Of a DNA stretch of 64,000 bases, positions 52,412 through 61,327 are shown piece by piece. The notes beneath the pieces are model-generated. The model ran no database searches, was not told the origin of the DNA, and worked only from the letters and a program-made list of their open reading frames with translations. The stretch spans positions 27,745 to 91,744 of the forward strand of contig JBGAJP010000003.1 in the NCBI GenBank assembly GCA_044224855.1, read 5' to 3'. Both the position numbers and the translations under genes were made by a program. Within the stretch, counting starts at the first letter, position 1. Every line of letters starts with the position of its first letter. Source of the stretch: Pontiellaceae bacterium (GTDB lineage Bacteria; Verrucomicrobiota; Kiritimatiellia; Kiritimatiellales; Tichowtungiaceae).

Positions 52412-54064
52412 ATGGTGAAAATGGGTATCGAGAAAGAACAGATTAAAACTGCGCTGGCTTCTTCGCGGAAGACGCTACTGGCCGGGCTGACGCCGGAAGG
52501 CCGGTGGGAAGGCGAGCTGTCGAGTTCCGCGCTGGCGACAGCGGTGGCTTCGTTTGCGCTGAAGACCTCTGGGAAAACAGATCTGGCGGAACGCGGGTTC
52601 CAATGGCTGAAAACTCATCGCAACGCTGACGGCGGCTGGGGCGACAGTCCGGAGAGTCCGAGCAACTTTACAACGACACTGCTTTGCCGCTGTGTGCTGG
52701 ACGAAGAGGTCGGTACGCCGGAAGAAGTTGTCCGAGCGATTCTCGAACATTATGGTGATGACCGCACTTTCTCCGTTCCGATCCTGACGATGTGCATGCT
52801 TGCGGGAAAGCTGGGCGACGACTGGTCGGTTGTTCCGCAGCTTCCGTTCGAGCTGGCGATATTTCCGCACCGTTTCTACAAATTTCTCAGGCTTCCAGTA
52901 GTCAGCTATGCGTTGCCCGCGCTGATTGCGATCGGCCTGGTGCGGCATGTCAGCCGTCCGGCCCGGCTTTCCTTTGTCCGGCAGCGGATCATTCCGCGTG
53001 CGCTGAATATTCTGCAGAAGATCCAGCCCGAAAGCGGCGGCTACCTCGAAGCCGCGCCGCTGACCGGTTTCGTGGCGATGAGTCTGATGGCGGCGGGATA
53101 CGGCGATCATCCGGCGGCGCAGTCGTGTTTCCGGTTTCTGGAAAACACGGTGCGCGCAGACGGCAGCTGGCCGATCGACGTTAACCTCTCCTCGTGGGTG
53201 ACGTCGCTGGCGGTCCGCGCGCTGGACGACCGTCTTTCCGATGAACAGAAGGAGCGCATCCGGTCATATCTGCTGGAGAATCAGTGGAAAGAGGAGCATC
53301 CGTTCACTCATGCCGCGCCCGGCGGCTGGGGCTGGACGTATGAAAAGGGCGGAGTTCCCGACGCCGACGATACGGCCGCCGCGCTGATCGCGCTTCACCA
53401 TTTGGAGTGCGATACGGAGACGGCTGAAAAGGGAATCCACTGGCTGTTGGATTTGCAGAACCGCGACGGCGGGATGCCGACGTTCTGCAAGGGCTGGGGA
53501 AAGCTGCCGTTCGACCGCAGCTGTCCGGATCTGACGGCGCACATGATCCGCGCATTTATGGCATGGCGCGGAGCTGTCGGTTCCGGACTTGCTGTAAAAA
53601 TGAAACACTCGATCCTCCGGGGGTTGCGTTATCTAAAGAAACAGCAGCGCGCCGACGGTTCGTGGCTTCCGCTCTGGTTCGGCAGTCAGGCCGATCCGAA
53701 GCATGAAAATCCGGTTTACGGAACGGTGCGTGTGCTGGAAGCGCTGCGCGAACTGGATGAGAACGAGTTTCCGGTTTCCGGGGAAATGAAACGGCGCGGG
53801 TTTCAATGGCTGGAGACTGCGCAGAATCCGGACGGCAGCTGGGGAAGTTCGGTCGAGGAGATGGCGCTGGCGGCGGGGCTGACGGGGAAAGGGTTTGAGC
53901 GGTTGCTGGAAATGACGGAGAGCGGAACGAAATTTCCGGCGGCACCGATCGGATTGTATTTTGCGAGCCTGTGGTATTCGGAGAAAATGTACCCGCTGAT
54001 CTTTACGGTCGAGGCGCTTCAAAGATACACTCCGGAATTTGAACAGGAAGGCGGCAGAAAATGA
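52412..54064 (+). CDS. Squalene-hopene-cyclase-family class II terpene cyclase (short, 550 aa)
   Basis: PGGWGWTYEKGGVPDADDTAAAL contains the DxDDTA motif. QW-like repeats RNADGGWG, QNRDGGMP, QRADGSW and QNPDGSWG. The order of C-terminal segments parallels A. acidocaldarius SHC as I recall it. Confidence 0.8.
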   Translation: MVKMGIEKEQIKTALASSRKTLLAGLTPEGRWEGELSSSALATAVASFALKTSGKTDLAERGFQWLKTHRNADGGWGDSPESPSNFTTTLLCRCVLDEEVGTPEEVVRAILEHYGDDRTFSVPILTMCMLAGKLGDDWSVVPQLPFELAIFPHRFYKFLRLPVVSYALPALIAIGLVRHVSRPARLSFVRQRIIPRALNILQKIQPESGGYLEAAPLTGFVAMSLMAAGYGDHPAAQSCFRFLENTVRADGSWPIDVNLSSWVTSLAVRALDDRLSDEQKERIRSYLLENQWKEEHPFTHAAPGGWGWTYEKGGVPDADDTAAALIALHHLECDTETAEKGIHWLLDLQNRDGGMPTFCKGWGKLPFDRSCPDLTAHMIRAFMAWRGAVGSGLAVKMKHSILRGLRYLKKQQRADGSWLPLWFGSQADPKHENPVYGTVRVLEALRELDENEFPVSGEMKRRGFQWLETAQNPDGSWGSSVEEMALAAGLTGKGFERLLEMTESGTKFPAAPIGLYFASLWYSEKMYPLIFTVEALQRYTPEFEQEGGRK

Positions 54065-55386
54065 AAAACGCATGGCTTTATATCGCAGTCGGGTTTGCAT
54101 GGTTTACAACGGCATTTGCCGGCGACTGGCCGCAGCTTGGCGGCCCGGCCCGAAACAATATTTCAACCGAAACCGGGCTGGCGGATTCGTGGCCGTCGTC
54201 CGGTCCGAACGTGCTGTGGGAAAAAACCGTATCCGACGGGTATTCCGGACCGACGATTAAAGACGGCAAAATCTATCTGATTGATCACGAGGGCGACGAC
54301 AGCATTCTCCGCTGCCTGGCGCTGAGCTCCGGAGAGGAAATCTGGAATTATTCTTTCAGCGATCCGGGTAAAATGAGCGGCGGAAAATTTGCCGGAACGC
54401 GCGGTAATCCGACGGTGACGGATGATGCTGTTTATCTGGTCACGGGCCATGGAACGTTTATTTGCATGGATCTCCGGACGCGGCAGGTGAAGTGGATGCA
54501 CCATCTGCTGAAAGATTATGGAAACAAACTGCACCAGTTCGGCGTTGTGCAGGCTCCCTTTATCTATAAAAACATGGTTCTGGTCGCGCCCAACACCAAA
54601 GAAGCCGGTGCCGCTGCATACGACACGACAACCGGCGAGAGGTTGTGGGTCTCGTCCGGTCTGGGCGATCACGCCTATATCACGCCGCAGGTTGTCGAAT
54701 TCTGCGGACAGGAAATGGTTCTGGCGGTTGGATCCAAGCAGGAGACGCCGAAACCGCGCAGGCGGCAGCCGGGTGCCGGCCCGGAGGAACCGGTCGCGCC
54801 GCCGATGGCCGGGCACATAACGGGGCTTTCGCTGAAAGACGGTTCAGTTCTGTGGGATTACACCGGCTGGCAGTGTGACAGCGCGATTCCCGCGCCGGTG
54901 CTGTTGAGCGACAATCGTCTGTTTATCACGGGCGACTACGGTGCCGGTTCAGCCATGATTCAGGTGGTGAGGGACGGCCCCGGTTTTGCGGCCAGGGAAA
55001 TTTACAAGACCGACGCGGTCGGCGCGCAGCTGCAGCCGCCTATTCAGGTCGGAGACCATTTCTTCATCGGCAGCAACGGGAACGGACGGAAAGACGGATT
55101 AGTCTGCTTCAGCCTCGACGGGAAGCTGGAGTGGCGGACAAAAGATATAGAAGGCGCACCCAATTTTGAGCGCGGTCCGTTTATTCTAGCCGACGGAAAA
55201 CTGATTCTGCTCGATGGCAAGAGCGGGATTCTCTATCTCGTGAAAGCAGACGCTTCCGGTTACAAACAGCTGGCCGCGGCTCAGATGGTGAAGGAAAACA
55301 GCATGGCCTGGGCTCCGCTTGCGCTTTCCGGCGGCAAACTGCTCGTCCGTGACTGGAACACGTTGAAGTGTGTTGATTTGAAATAA
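54061..55386 (+). CDS. PQQ-like beta-propeller repeat protein, paralog P2 (secreted)
   Basis: ATGA overlap with the cyclase stop. Signal peptide and motif GDWPQLGGPARNN. Internal Pro/Arg-rich insert KPRRRQPGAGPEEPVAPP. Confidence 0.8.
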   Translation: MKNAWLYIAVGFAWFTTAFAGDWPQLGGPARNNISTETGLADSWPSSGPNVLWEKTVSDGYSGPTIKDGKIYLIDHEGDDSILRCLALSSGEEIWNYSFSDPGKMSGGKFAGTRGNPTVTDDAVYLVTGHGTFICMDLRTRQVKWMHHLLKDYGNKLHQFGVVQAPFIYKNMVLVAPNTKEAGAAAYDTTTGERLWVSSGLGDHAYITPQVVEFCGQEMVLAVGSKQETPKPRRRQPGAGPEEPVAPPMAGHITGLSLKDGSVLWDYTGWQCDSAIPAPVLLSDNRLFITGDYGAGSAMIQVVRDGPGFAAREIYKTDAVGAQLQPPIQVGDHFFIGSNGNGRKDGLVCFSLDGKLEWRTKDIEGAPNFERGPFILADGKLILLDGKSGILYLVKADASGYKQLAAAQMVKENSMAWAPLALSGGKLLVRDWNTLKCVDLK

Positions 55387-55436
55387 TAGGGGATACTCAG
55401 CTCCGCGGTAACAGCGGCAAGACGGCTAAATTCCGA

Positions 55437-55484
55437 AAAAATGTACCCCTTGATCTTTACGGTCGAGGCGCTTCAAAGATACAC
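55437..55484 (+). repeat. Copy of the last ~48 nt of the cyclase gene (53984-54031), placed upstream of paralog P3
   Basis: aaaatgtacccNNtgatctttacggtcgaggcgcttcaaagatacact matches at 46 of 48 positions. It contains the stem atcttt/aaagat. Confidence 0.85.
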
Positions 55485-55535
55485 TGCGCGTACTCAGAGT
55501 TATCCATAAGGATTTAAACAGAAAGGCCGCAGAAA

Positions 55536-56864
55536 ATGAACAAAGCTGTGATTTGTGCAATGGCGGGACTCACGTTGTTTTCACAGGCATTTGCTGCCGA
55601 CTGGCCGCAGTTTTGCGGTCCGGACCGGAACAATACTTCTGCTGAAACCGGGCTGGCCCGGAGCTGGCCTGCTGCCGGTCCCGACGTGCTGTGGACCGCA
55701 AACGTCACAAGCGGGTATGCCGGTCCTGCCGTTAAAAACGGCGCGGTGTATCTGCTGGAGCACGACGGAGTCCGCAGCAGCGTCCGTGCGCTGGAGCTCG
55801 GTTCCGGCAAAGAACTCTGGATCTGTTCATTTGATGATCCCGGATCGGTGGATAAAAAGTATCCGGGTACCCGCGGTACGCCCACGGTAACGGACGATTC
55901 GCTGTATGCTGTGACACTTCTCGGCACAGTGGTCTGCGTGGATTTGAAATCTCATCAGATAAAATGGCAGCACAACCTGACTAAGGATTATGGCAAGAAA
56001 CGGGGTGGCTGGGGAGTTGCTCAGTCGCCGGTGCTGGTTGATGACCTGGTAATTATCGCGCCGCTGACGGAAACCGGAAGCCTCGTGGCTTTGAACAAAA
56101 ATTCCGGCAAGGAAGTCTGGAAAGTAGCCGGATTTCCCGGCGACGGGTTCGTTTCGCCGGCGATGATTTCCATCGACGGGGAGGATCAGATTCTTATGGT
56201 GGCGGGCGGATCAAAGCCCGAGAAGCCGCCTCGCCGCGCAAAAGATGCCGACGCGGAAGACGAGGCGCCAAAAGGAAAGCAGCGCCCCACGTATGTTTTT
56301 GCCGTTTCGCCGAAGGACGGCAGGGTGCTTTGGAGCTATGAGGGATGGTCCTGCAGCAACCCGATCCCACATCCGGTTCCGGCGGGCGCAAACACGCTGT
56401 TTATCACGTCCGGGTACAAAGCCGTTTCTTCACTGCTCAAGGTGGAGAAAAAAGCCGACGGTTATGAAATCAAAGAACTGTTTAAAACCGAAAGCGCGGC
56501 GACACAGATTGAGCAGCCGGTTTTTGCAAACAACCATCTGTTTGTCGGCGGCACAACGAAAAGCGCCCGGCGGGGACTCGTCTGCATGGATCTGGAAGGA
56601 AACGTAAAGTGGGAGAGCAGCAAGGTTGAAGGCTCTCCGGCGTTCAATGATCTTAATATGATTGCCGCCGACGGAATGCTGATCGGCCTCGATGGCGATT
56701 CCGGGAAACTGTATCTGATCGACGCGACACCCAAGGCCTTCAAGGCGCTCGCGGCCGCCACCGTTCTGCCCGAAAAAGGCCAAACCTGGGCGCCGATTGC
56801 TTTGTCGGACGGCAAACTGCTTGTCCGGGATCACACGGTGATGAAGTGCCTCAACCTGAAATAA
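55536..56864 (+). CDS. PQQ-like beta-propeller repeat protein, paralog P3 (secreted)
   Basis: Signal peptide and motif ADWPQFCGPDRNN. Collinear with P2, with an insert KPPRRAKDADAEDEAPKGKQRP at the same position. Confidence 0.8.
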   Translation: MNKAVICAMAGLTLFSQAFAADWPQFCGPDRNNTSAETGLARSWPAAGPDVLWTANVTSGYAGPAVKNGAVYLLEHDGVRSSVRALELGSGKELWICSFDDPGSVDKKYPGTRGTPTVTDDSLYAVTLLGTVVCVDLKSHQIKWQHNLTKDYGKKRGGWGVAQSPVLVDDLVIIAPLTETGSLVALNKNSGKEVWKVAGFPGDGFVSPAMISIDGEDQILMVAGGSKPEKPPRRAKDADAEDEAPKGKQRPTYVFAVSPKDGRVLWSYEGWSCSNPIPHPVPAGANTLFITSGYKAVSSLLKVEKKADGYEIKELFKTESAATQIEQPVFANNHLFVGGTTKSARRGLVCMDLEGNVKWESSKVEGSPAFNDLNMIAADGMLIGLDGDSGKLYLIDATPKAFKALAAATVLPEKGQTWAPIALSDGKLLVRDHTVMKCLNLK

Positions 56865-56878
56865 ATTTTGCTGAATGC

Positions 56879-58324
56879 ATGCGTCGCATGAAACAGAAAA
56901 CAGCCAGTCTGCTGACAGCGGTACCCGTTCTTGTTCTATGCGGGGGTCTCGCCGCTTTTCTGCTCGCGCGCTGGTTTGCGTATGATCCGGCGCGCGGGCT
57001 GGCGCGCAGCCTGCCCGGTATGGACGGCAGTCCTGCCGGATCGAAACAGGCGGGCGCGAGCGACTTGAAGGTTGATCTGGCCGGAACGCTTGAAAAGTTC
57101 GACGGCGTACCGTCCAGTCTGCCCGGCTCGTGGCCGCGCTTTCGCGGTCCGGATTTTGATAACATCTATAAAGCCGGTGTGAAGCTGGCGGACAGCTGGC
57201 CGGAGTCCGGCCCGGAAATTCTCTGGTCGGTTGCGCTGGGCGAAGGCCACGCCGCGCCCGCCGTTTTCAACGGCTGCGTCTATCTGTTCGACTACGACGA
57301 GCAGAAGCGTTCTGACGCGCTGCGCTGTTTTTCGCTGGCCGACGGCAAAGAAATCTGGCGGCACTCCTACATACTGCCCGCCAAGCGGAACCATGGACTT
57401 TCACGAACCATTCCGGCGGTCACCGAAGACTGCATCGTGACGATCGGTCCGCGCTGCCACGTTTCATGTGTCGAAACCGCGACCGGCAAATTCCGCTGGG
57501 GGATTGATCTGCAAAAGGAGTATGGCACTACGGAACCGCTGTGGTTTACCGGACAATGTCCGCTGATCGATGAAGGCCGCGCGATTCTTGCGCCCGGCGG
57601 GCCCGACGTCCTGCTGATGGCAGTTGACTGCAAAACCGGCGCTGTCATTTGGAAGACGCCGAATCCGGGCGGCTGGAAAATGTCGCACTCATCCGTTATG
57701 CCGCTGACGCTTCACGGCGAAGCCATGTATGTTTACGCCGCGGTCGGCGGCATGGCCGGCATTTCCAAAGACGGAAAACTCCTGTGGCAGATTCCCTGGA
57801 GCGCCTCGGTGATCGCTCCGTCACCGGTTCCGGTTTCCGGAAACCGGATTTTCATCACCGCCGGTTACGGCGCGGGCAGTCTGATGGTACAGATCGACAA
57901 GACTGCTGACGGCTTTACCGCAAAAGAAGTTGCGCGCACCGGCCCGCAGGACTGGCTGGCGAGCGAACAGCAGACGCCGGTTCTGCACGACGGCCTGCTT
58001 TATGGAATCATGCCGAAAGACGGCGGTGCGCTGAAACAGCAGTTCGTCTGCTACGATCCGGCCGGCGGACTGGTCTGGTCGAGCGGCAAAACGAGTCGCT
58101 TCGGACTCGGCCCGTTCCTGCTGGCCGACGGAAAGTTTTTTATATTGGACGACGACGGCACATTAACCATGCTGGCCGTTAGCCGGGACGGATATAAACA
58201 GCTCGCGCAGCACAAGGTGCTGGACGGACACGATGCCTGGGGGCCGATCGCCATCGCCGGAACCCGAATGCTCCTGCGCGATTCGACCCGGATGGTCTGT
58301 ATTGAAACCGGAGTTAAAAAATGA
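56879..58324 (+). CDS. PQQ-like beta-propeller repeat protein, paralog P4 (N-terminal TM anchor)
   Basis: TM helix LLTAVPVLVLCGGLAAFLLA and motif GSWPRFRGPDFDN. Confidence 0.8.
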   Translation: MRRMKQKTASLLTAVPVLVLCGGLAAFLLARWFAYDPARGLARSLPGMDGSPAGSKQAGASDLKVDLAGTLEKFDGVPSSLPGSWPRFRGPDFDNIYKAGVKLADSWPESGPEILWSVALGEGHAAPAVFNGCVYLFDYDEQKRSDALRCFSLADGKEIWRHSYILPAKRNHGLSRTIPAVTEDCIVTIGPRCHVSCVETATGKFRWGIDLQKEYGTTEPLWFTGQCPLIDEGRAILAPGGPDVLLMAVDCKTGAVIWKTPNPGGWKMSHSSVMPLTLHGEAMYVYAAVGGMAGISKDGKLLWQIPWSASVIAPSPVPVSGNRIFITAGYGAGSLMVQIDKTADGFTAKEVARTGPQDWLASEQQTPVLHDGLLYGIMPKDGGALKQQFVCYDPAGGLVWSSGKTSRFGLGPFLLADGKFFILDDDGTLTMLAVSRDGYKQLAQHKVLDGHDAWGPIAIAGTRMLLRDSTRMVCIETGVKK

Positions 58325-59271
58325 GCAGTGCAAAGCAAAGCTGGATCTGGTTTGCCGTGCTTTTGCTGCTGATTGCCGGCTCCGGAATTTATTTGGGAAC
58401 GAGCCGCCGCGCAGAGCTTGGCAAAAGTTTTGCCTACTCCGTCGATGACTACCGGCAGGTTGACCCCGCGCTTCTGCGTTACGCCGAGACAGGCAGCCTC
58501 CGTCCGGCGATTAAAAAACTTTCCGCGTTGGCTATTGCACCGGACGGGAAAATTTACGTCGCCGGCGAAAATGCCATCGAAATTCTTCCGGACAGAACCA
58601 TTCTCCCGGTTGCCGGAACGCCGGCCTGTATTGCGGTGGATGACGACGGTACGGTATTTGCCGGCCTGCAAAATCACGTCGAAGTTTTTTCCAAAGACGG
58701 AAAAAGCACGACGTGGCCGTCGCCCGGCGACAAGGCTTACCTGACTTCCATCGCGGTTGATGACCGGTATGTTTATGTGGCTGACGCAGGCAGCCGCCGC
58801 GTCTGGCGGTACGGCAAGGCGGGTGGCGCGCCGTTTGAAATCGGTGCAAAAGATGAGGCGAACGGCGTGCGCGGTTTCTATATTCCCAGTCCGTTCTTTG
58901 ATCTGGCTGTCGGAACCGACGGCTCGCTGTGGGTGGTTAATCCCGGTTATCACGCGCTGGAAAATTACAGCGTGGACGGACGGCTTATTTCATCTTGGCA
59001 GAACAGTTCATTCGGCATTCAGGGATTCAGCGGATGCTGCAACCCGGCGAATTTTGCGCTGATGCCCGACGGTTCATTCGTTACCGCTGAAAAAGGACTG
59101 CCGCGTATCAAGATTCACAATCTGGACGGTTCGCTGCGGTGCGTCGTCGCGGCACCGGATCAGTTTGAAAAAGGCGCGGCCGGACTCGACGTGGCGGCGG
59201 ACCGGCAGGGCCGCGTCTATGTGCTCGACCCGGTTCGTGACGCTGTCCGGATTTTTGAGGAGAAAAAATGA
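58321..59271 (+). CDS. NHL-repeat six-bladed beta-propeller protein (N-terminal TM anchor)
   Basis: ATGA overlap with P4. TM helix WIWFAVLLLLIAGSGIYL. NHL-like units YVYVADAGSRRVWRY, GSLWVVNPGYHALENY and GRVYVLDPVRDAVRIF. Confidence 0.7.
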   Translation: MSSAKQSWIWFAVLLLLIAGSGIYLGTSRRAELGKSFAYSVDDYRQVDPALLRYAETGSLRPAIKKLSALAIAPDGKIYVAGENAIEILPDRTILPVAGTPACIAVDDDGTVFAGLQNHVEVFSKDGKSTTWPSPGDKAYLTSIAVDDRYVYVADAGSRRVWRYGKAGGAPFEIGAKDEANGVRGFYIPSPFFDLAVGTDGSLWVVNPGYHALENYSVDGRLISSWQNSSFGIQGFSGCCNPANFALMPDGSFVTAEKGLPRIKIHNLDGSLRCVVAAPDQFEKGAAGLDVAADRQGRVYVLDPVRDAVRIFEEKK

Positions 59272-59897
59272 AAACGGCCGGAAGACGGGATTTTATTAAA
59301 AACCTCGCACGAGGCGCAGTGCTGGCCTGTATCGCCGGAGTCTGCGGCATACTGATTTCGCGGAAAAATAAATATCAATGCAACGGGCGCTGCGGTACGT
59401 GCAAACCTGCCAACGGCGGGGCGTGCCCGATGGGATCATCCGGATTCGTCTGGCAGATTGACCCGGAGAAATGCACCCAGTGCGGACGCTGCGCCACGCA
59501 TTGCGTACTGGCGCCGTCGGCGGTGAAGTGCTTTCACTCCTATTCCATCTGCGGCTATTGCGATCTATGCGGCGGCTATCTGCGTCCCGATGCTAAAGAG
59601 CGCAATACCGGAGCGGAAAACCAGCTCTGTCCGACGGCGGCTATTCGCCGGAAATTCATTGAGGATCCTTATTACCAGTACACCATTGACGAAAAGCTCT
59701 GCATCGGTTGCGGCAAATGCGTGAAGGGCTGCGGTATGTTCGGCAACGGTTCGCTTTATCTTCAGGTCAAACATGACCTTTGCGTTAATTGCAACGAATG
59801 CGCCATCGCCCGCGCCTGTCCGTCCGGTGCCTTCCGGCGTGTGCCTGCCTCCGATCCCTATCTGCTGAAATCCAACAAGGAACGGAGAATCAGCTGA
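59268..59897 (+). CDS. NapG-like Tat-signal poly-ferredoxin (periplasmic 4Fe-4S protein)
   Basis: Twin-arginine motif GRRDFIKNLARGAVLA. Cluster motifs CTQCGRCATHC, CGYCDLCGG, CIGCGKCVKGC and CVNCNECAIARAC. Confidence 0.7.
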   Translation: MKTAGRRDFIKNLARGAVLACIAGVCGILISRKNKYQCNGRCGTCKPANGGACPMGSSGFVWQIDPEKCTQCGRCATHCVLAPSAVKCFHSYSICGYCDLCGGYLRPDAKERNTGAENQLCPTAAIRRKFIEDPYYQYTIDEKLCIGCGKCVKGCGMFGNGSLYLQVKHDLCVNCNECAIARACPSGAFRRVPASDPYLLKSNKERRIS

Positions 59898-61270
59898 TGC
59901 AGAAATCAGTTCAAACCGCAAAGACGCAAAGACGCCAAGCCCACGGGACTGCCTTCCTTCGCTTCTTCGCGCCTTTGCGGTCGATCATCCCGATGTTTTG
60001 TTTAGCAGGTTCTGCGCAGGCGGAATTCCGCTTTCCGATGCCGGAGTTCGCTTCGGGCTATAAATACCCGGCGGTCTATACGCCAGAGCCGTCGAACCTG
60101 ATGGCGGGCTGGGACATCGTGGTACTGATCGCCGCGCTGACGCTGGCGGCAATCTTTGTGTTAAAGCGCCGCAGGCGCCGCGAAATATTTCTGCTCACGC
60201 TTTTTTCACTGATCTATTTCGGCTTCTGGCGCAACGGCTGCGTCTGTTCGGTCGGCTCGGTGCAGAACGTCGCGACGGGTTTGTTTAATCCTGCCTTTGG
60301 CGTTCCGCTGACGGTGCTGGTTTTTTTTGCCGTACCGCTGATCTTTGCTTTACTGTTCGGCCGCGTTTTCTGTGCGGCGGTCTGTCCGCTGGGTGCGATT
60401 CAGGAATCCGTCGCGATCAAACCGGTCAAAGTTCCGCTGGCGGTCGAGAAGGTGCTATCGATTGTTCCGGTTATCTATCTCGGACTGGCGATGCTTTCCG
60501 TGGCGATGGGCGCGGGCTTCCTCATCTGCCGGTACGATCCGTTCGTTGGATTCTTCCGCATGGGTGCCAGCTTCAGTCTGCTGATTTTCGGCGGCCTCAT
60601 GCTGGTGCTCGGTATTTTTGTGGCGCGGCCTTACTGCCGTTTTCTCTGTCCTTACGGCGTACTGCTCAACTGGGCGTCGAAACTTTCGCGCCGTCACGCC
60701 ACCATTACACCGTCAGAGTGTATCCAGTGCGGACTTTGCGCTGATTCGTGTCCCTACAACGCCATCAACGAACCGGCGCCCGAAGCGGCGCCGGAAAGCC
60801 GCCGCAAGGGCGCACGGCGGCTCGGCCTGCTGATTCTGCTGCTTCCGGTTCTCATTGCGCTCGGCATTGGAACCGGCAGCCTGCTGCGCGAACCGCTTTC
60901 GCGGTTGCATCCAACCGTCCGGCTGGCCGAACGCATCGCCGGCGAAGAGCTGGGGAGGTACACGGATAATACAATCGAGTCCGCAGCCTTTCGCGCATCG
61001 GATACTCCCAACGAAAAACTTTATACGGAAGCCGTGGCGCTTAAAGGCCGGTTCGGACGCGGTGGAAAATGGTTCGGCGCGTTTATCGGTCTGATGATCG
61101 GCTGCAAGCTGATCGGCGTTTCCGTCCGCCGGAAACGTGCGGGTTATGAACCGGACCGCGGCACCTGCTACAGCTGCGGCCGCTGTTTTAAATTTTGCCC
61201 GGTGAAGGCCTCGTGCCGCGAAAAACTTGCCGGGCCCACGCCGGATACGACTGAGTTCCGGCAGTACTGA
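59897..61270 (+). CDS. NapH/NosH-like integral-membrane polyferredoxin (putative quinol dehydrogenase subunit)
   Basis: Membrane CX3CP motifs FCAAVCPLG and YCRFLCPYG, plus CIQCGLCADSCP and CYSCGRCFKFCP. The 5-prime 90 nt and the last 13 codons are built from repeat elements, so both the true start and the true end are uncertain. Confidence 0.7.
   Translation: MQKSVQTAKTQRRQAHGTAFLRFFAPLRSIIPMFCLAGSAQAEFRFPMPEFASGYKYPAVYTPEPSNLMAGWDIVVLIAALTLAAIFVLKRRRRREIFLLTLFSLIYFGFWRNGCVCSVGSVQNVATGLFNPAFGVPLTVLVFFAVPLIFALLFGRVFCAAVCPLGAIQESVAIKPVKVPLAVEKVLSIVPVIYLGLAMLSVAMGAGFLICRYDPFVGFFRMGASFSLLIFGGLMLVLGIFVARPYCRFLCPYGVLLNWASKLSRRHATITPSECIQCGLCADSCPYNAINEPAPEAAPESRRKGARRLGLLILLLPVLIALGIGTGSLLREPLSRLHPTVRLAERIAGEELGRYTDNTIESAAFRASDTPNEKLYTEAVALKGRFGRGGKWFGAFIGLMIGCKLIGVSVRRKRAGYEPDRGTCYSCGRCFKFCPVKASCREKLAGPTPDTTEFRQY
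59914..59981. repeat. Empty inverted-repeat hairpin of the KDAK-type family that flanks the GxxExxY gene
   Basis: aaccgcaaagacgcaaagacgccaag ... cttccttcgcttcttcgcgcctttgcggt. The arms are reverse complements at about 21 of 25 positions and resemble 63052-63079. Confidence 0.7.
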
Positions 61271-61320
61271 AGTAAAGCCGGAACTTAGGGTGTATTCGCC
61301 CGTAGATCCGGCCTATAAGG
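61226..61320 (+). repeat. REP-family element copy 5 (long variant), overlapping the 3-prime end of the NapH-like ORF
   Basis: cttgccgggcccacgccggatacgactgagttccggcagtactgaagtaaagccggaacttaggg...cgtagatccggcc. Confidence 0.7.
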
Positions 61321-61327
61321 GTGGTGT

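Noticed and set aside
55387-55436. Possible degenerate REP core (ggatactcagctccgcggtaac) after P2
   Set aside because: It has only loose similarity to ggatacgactgagttccggcagtac, which is too weak to call without a genome-wide consensus.
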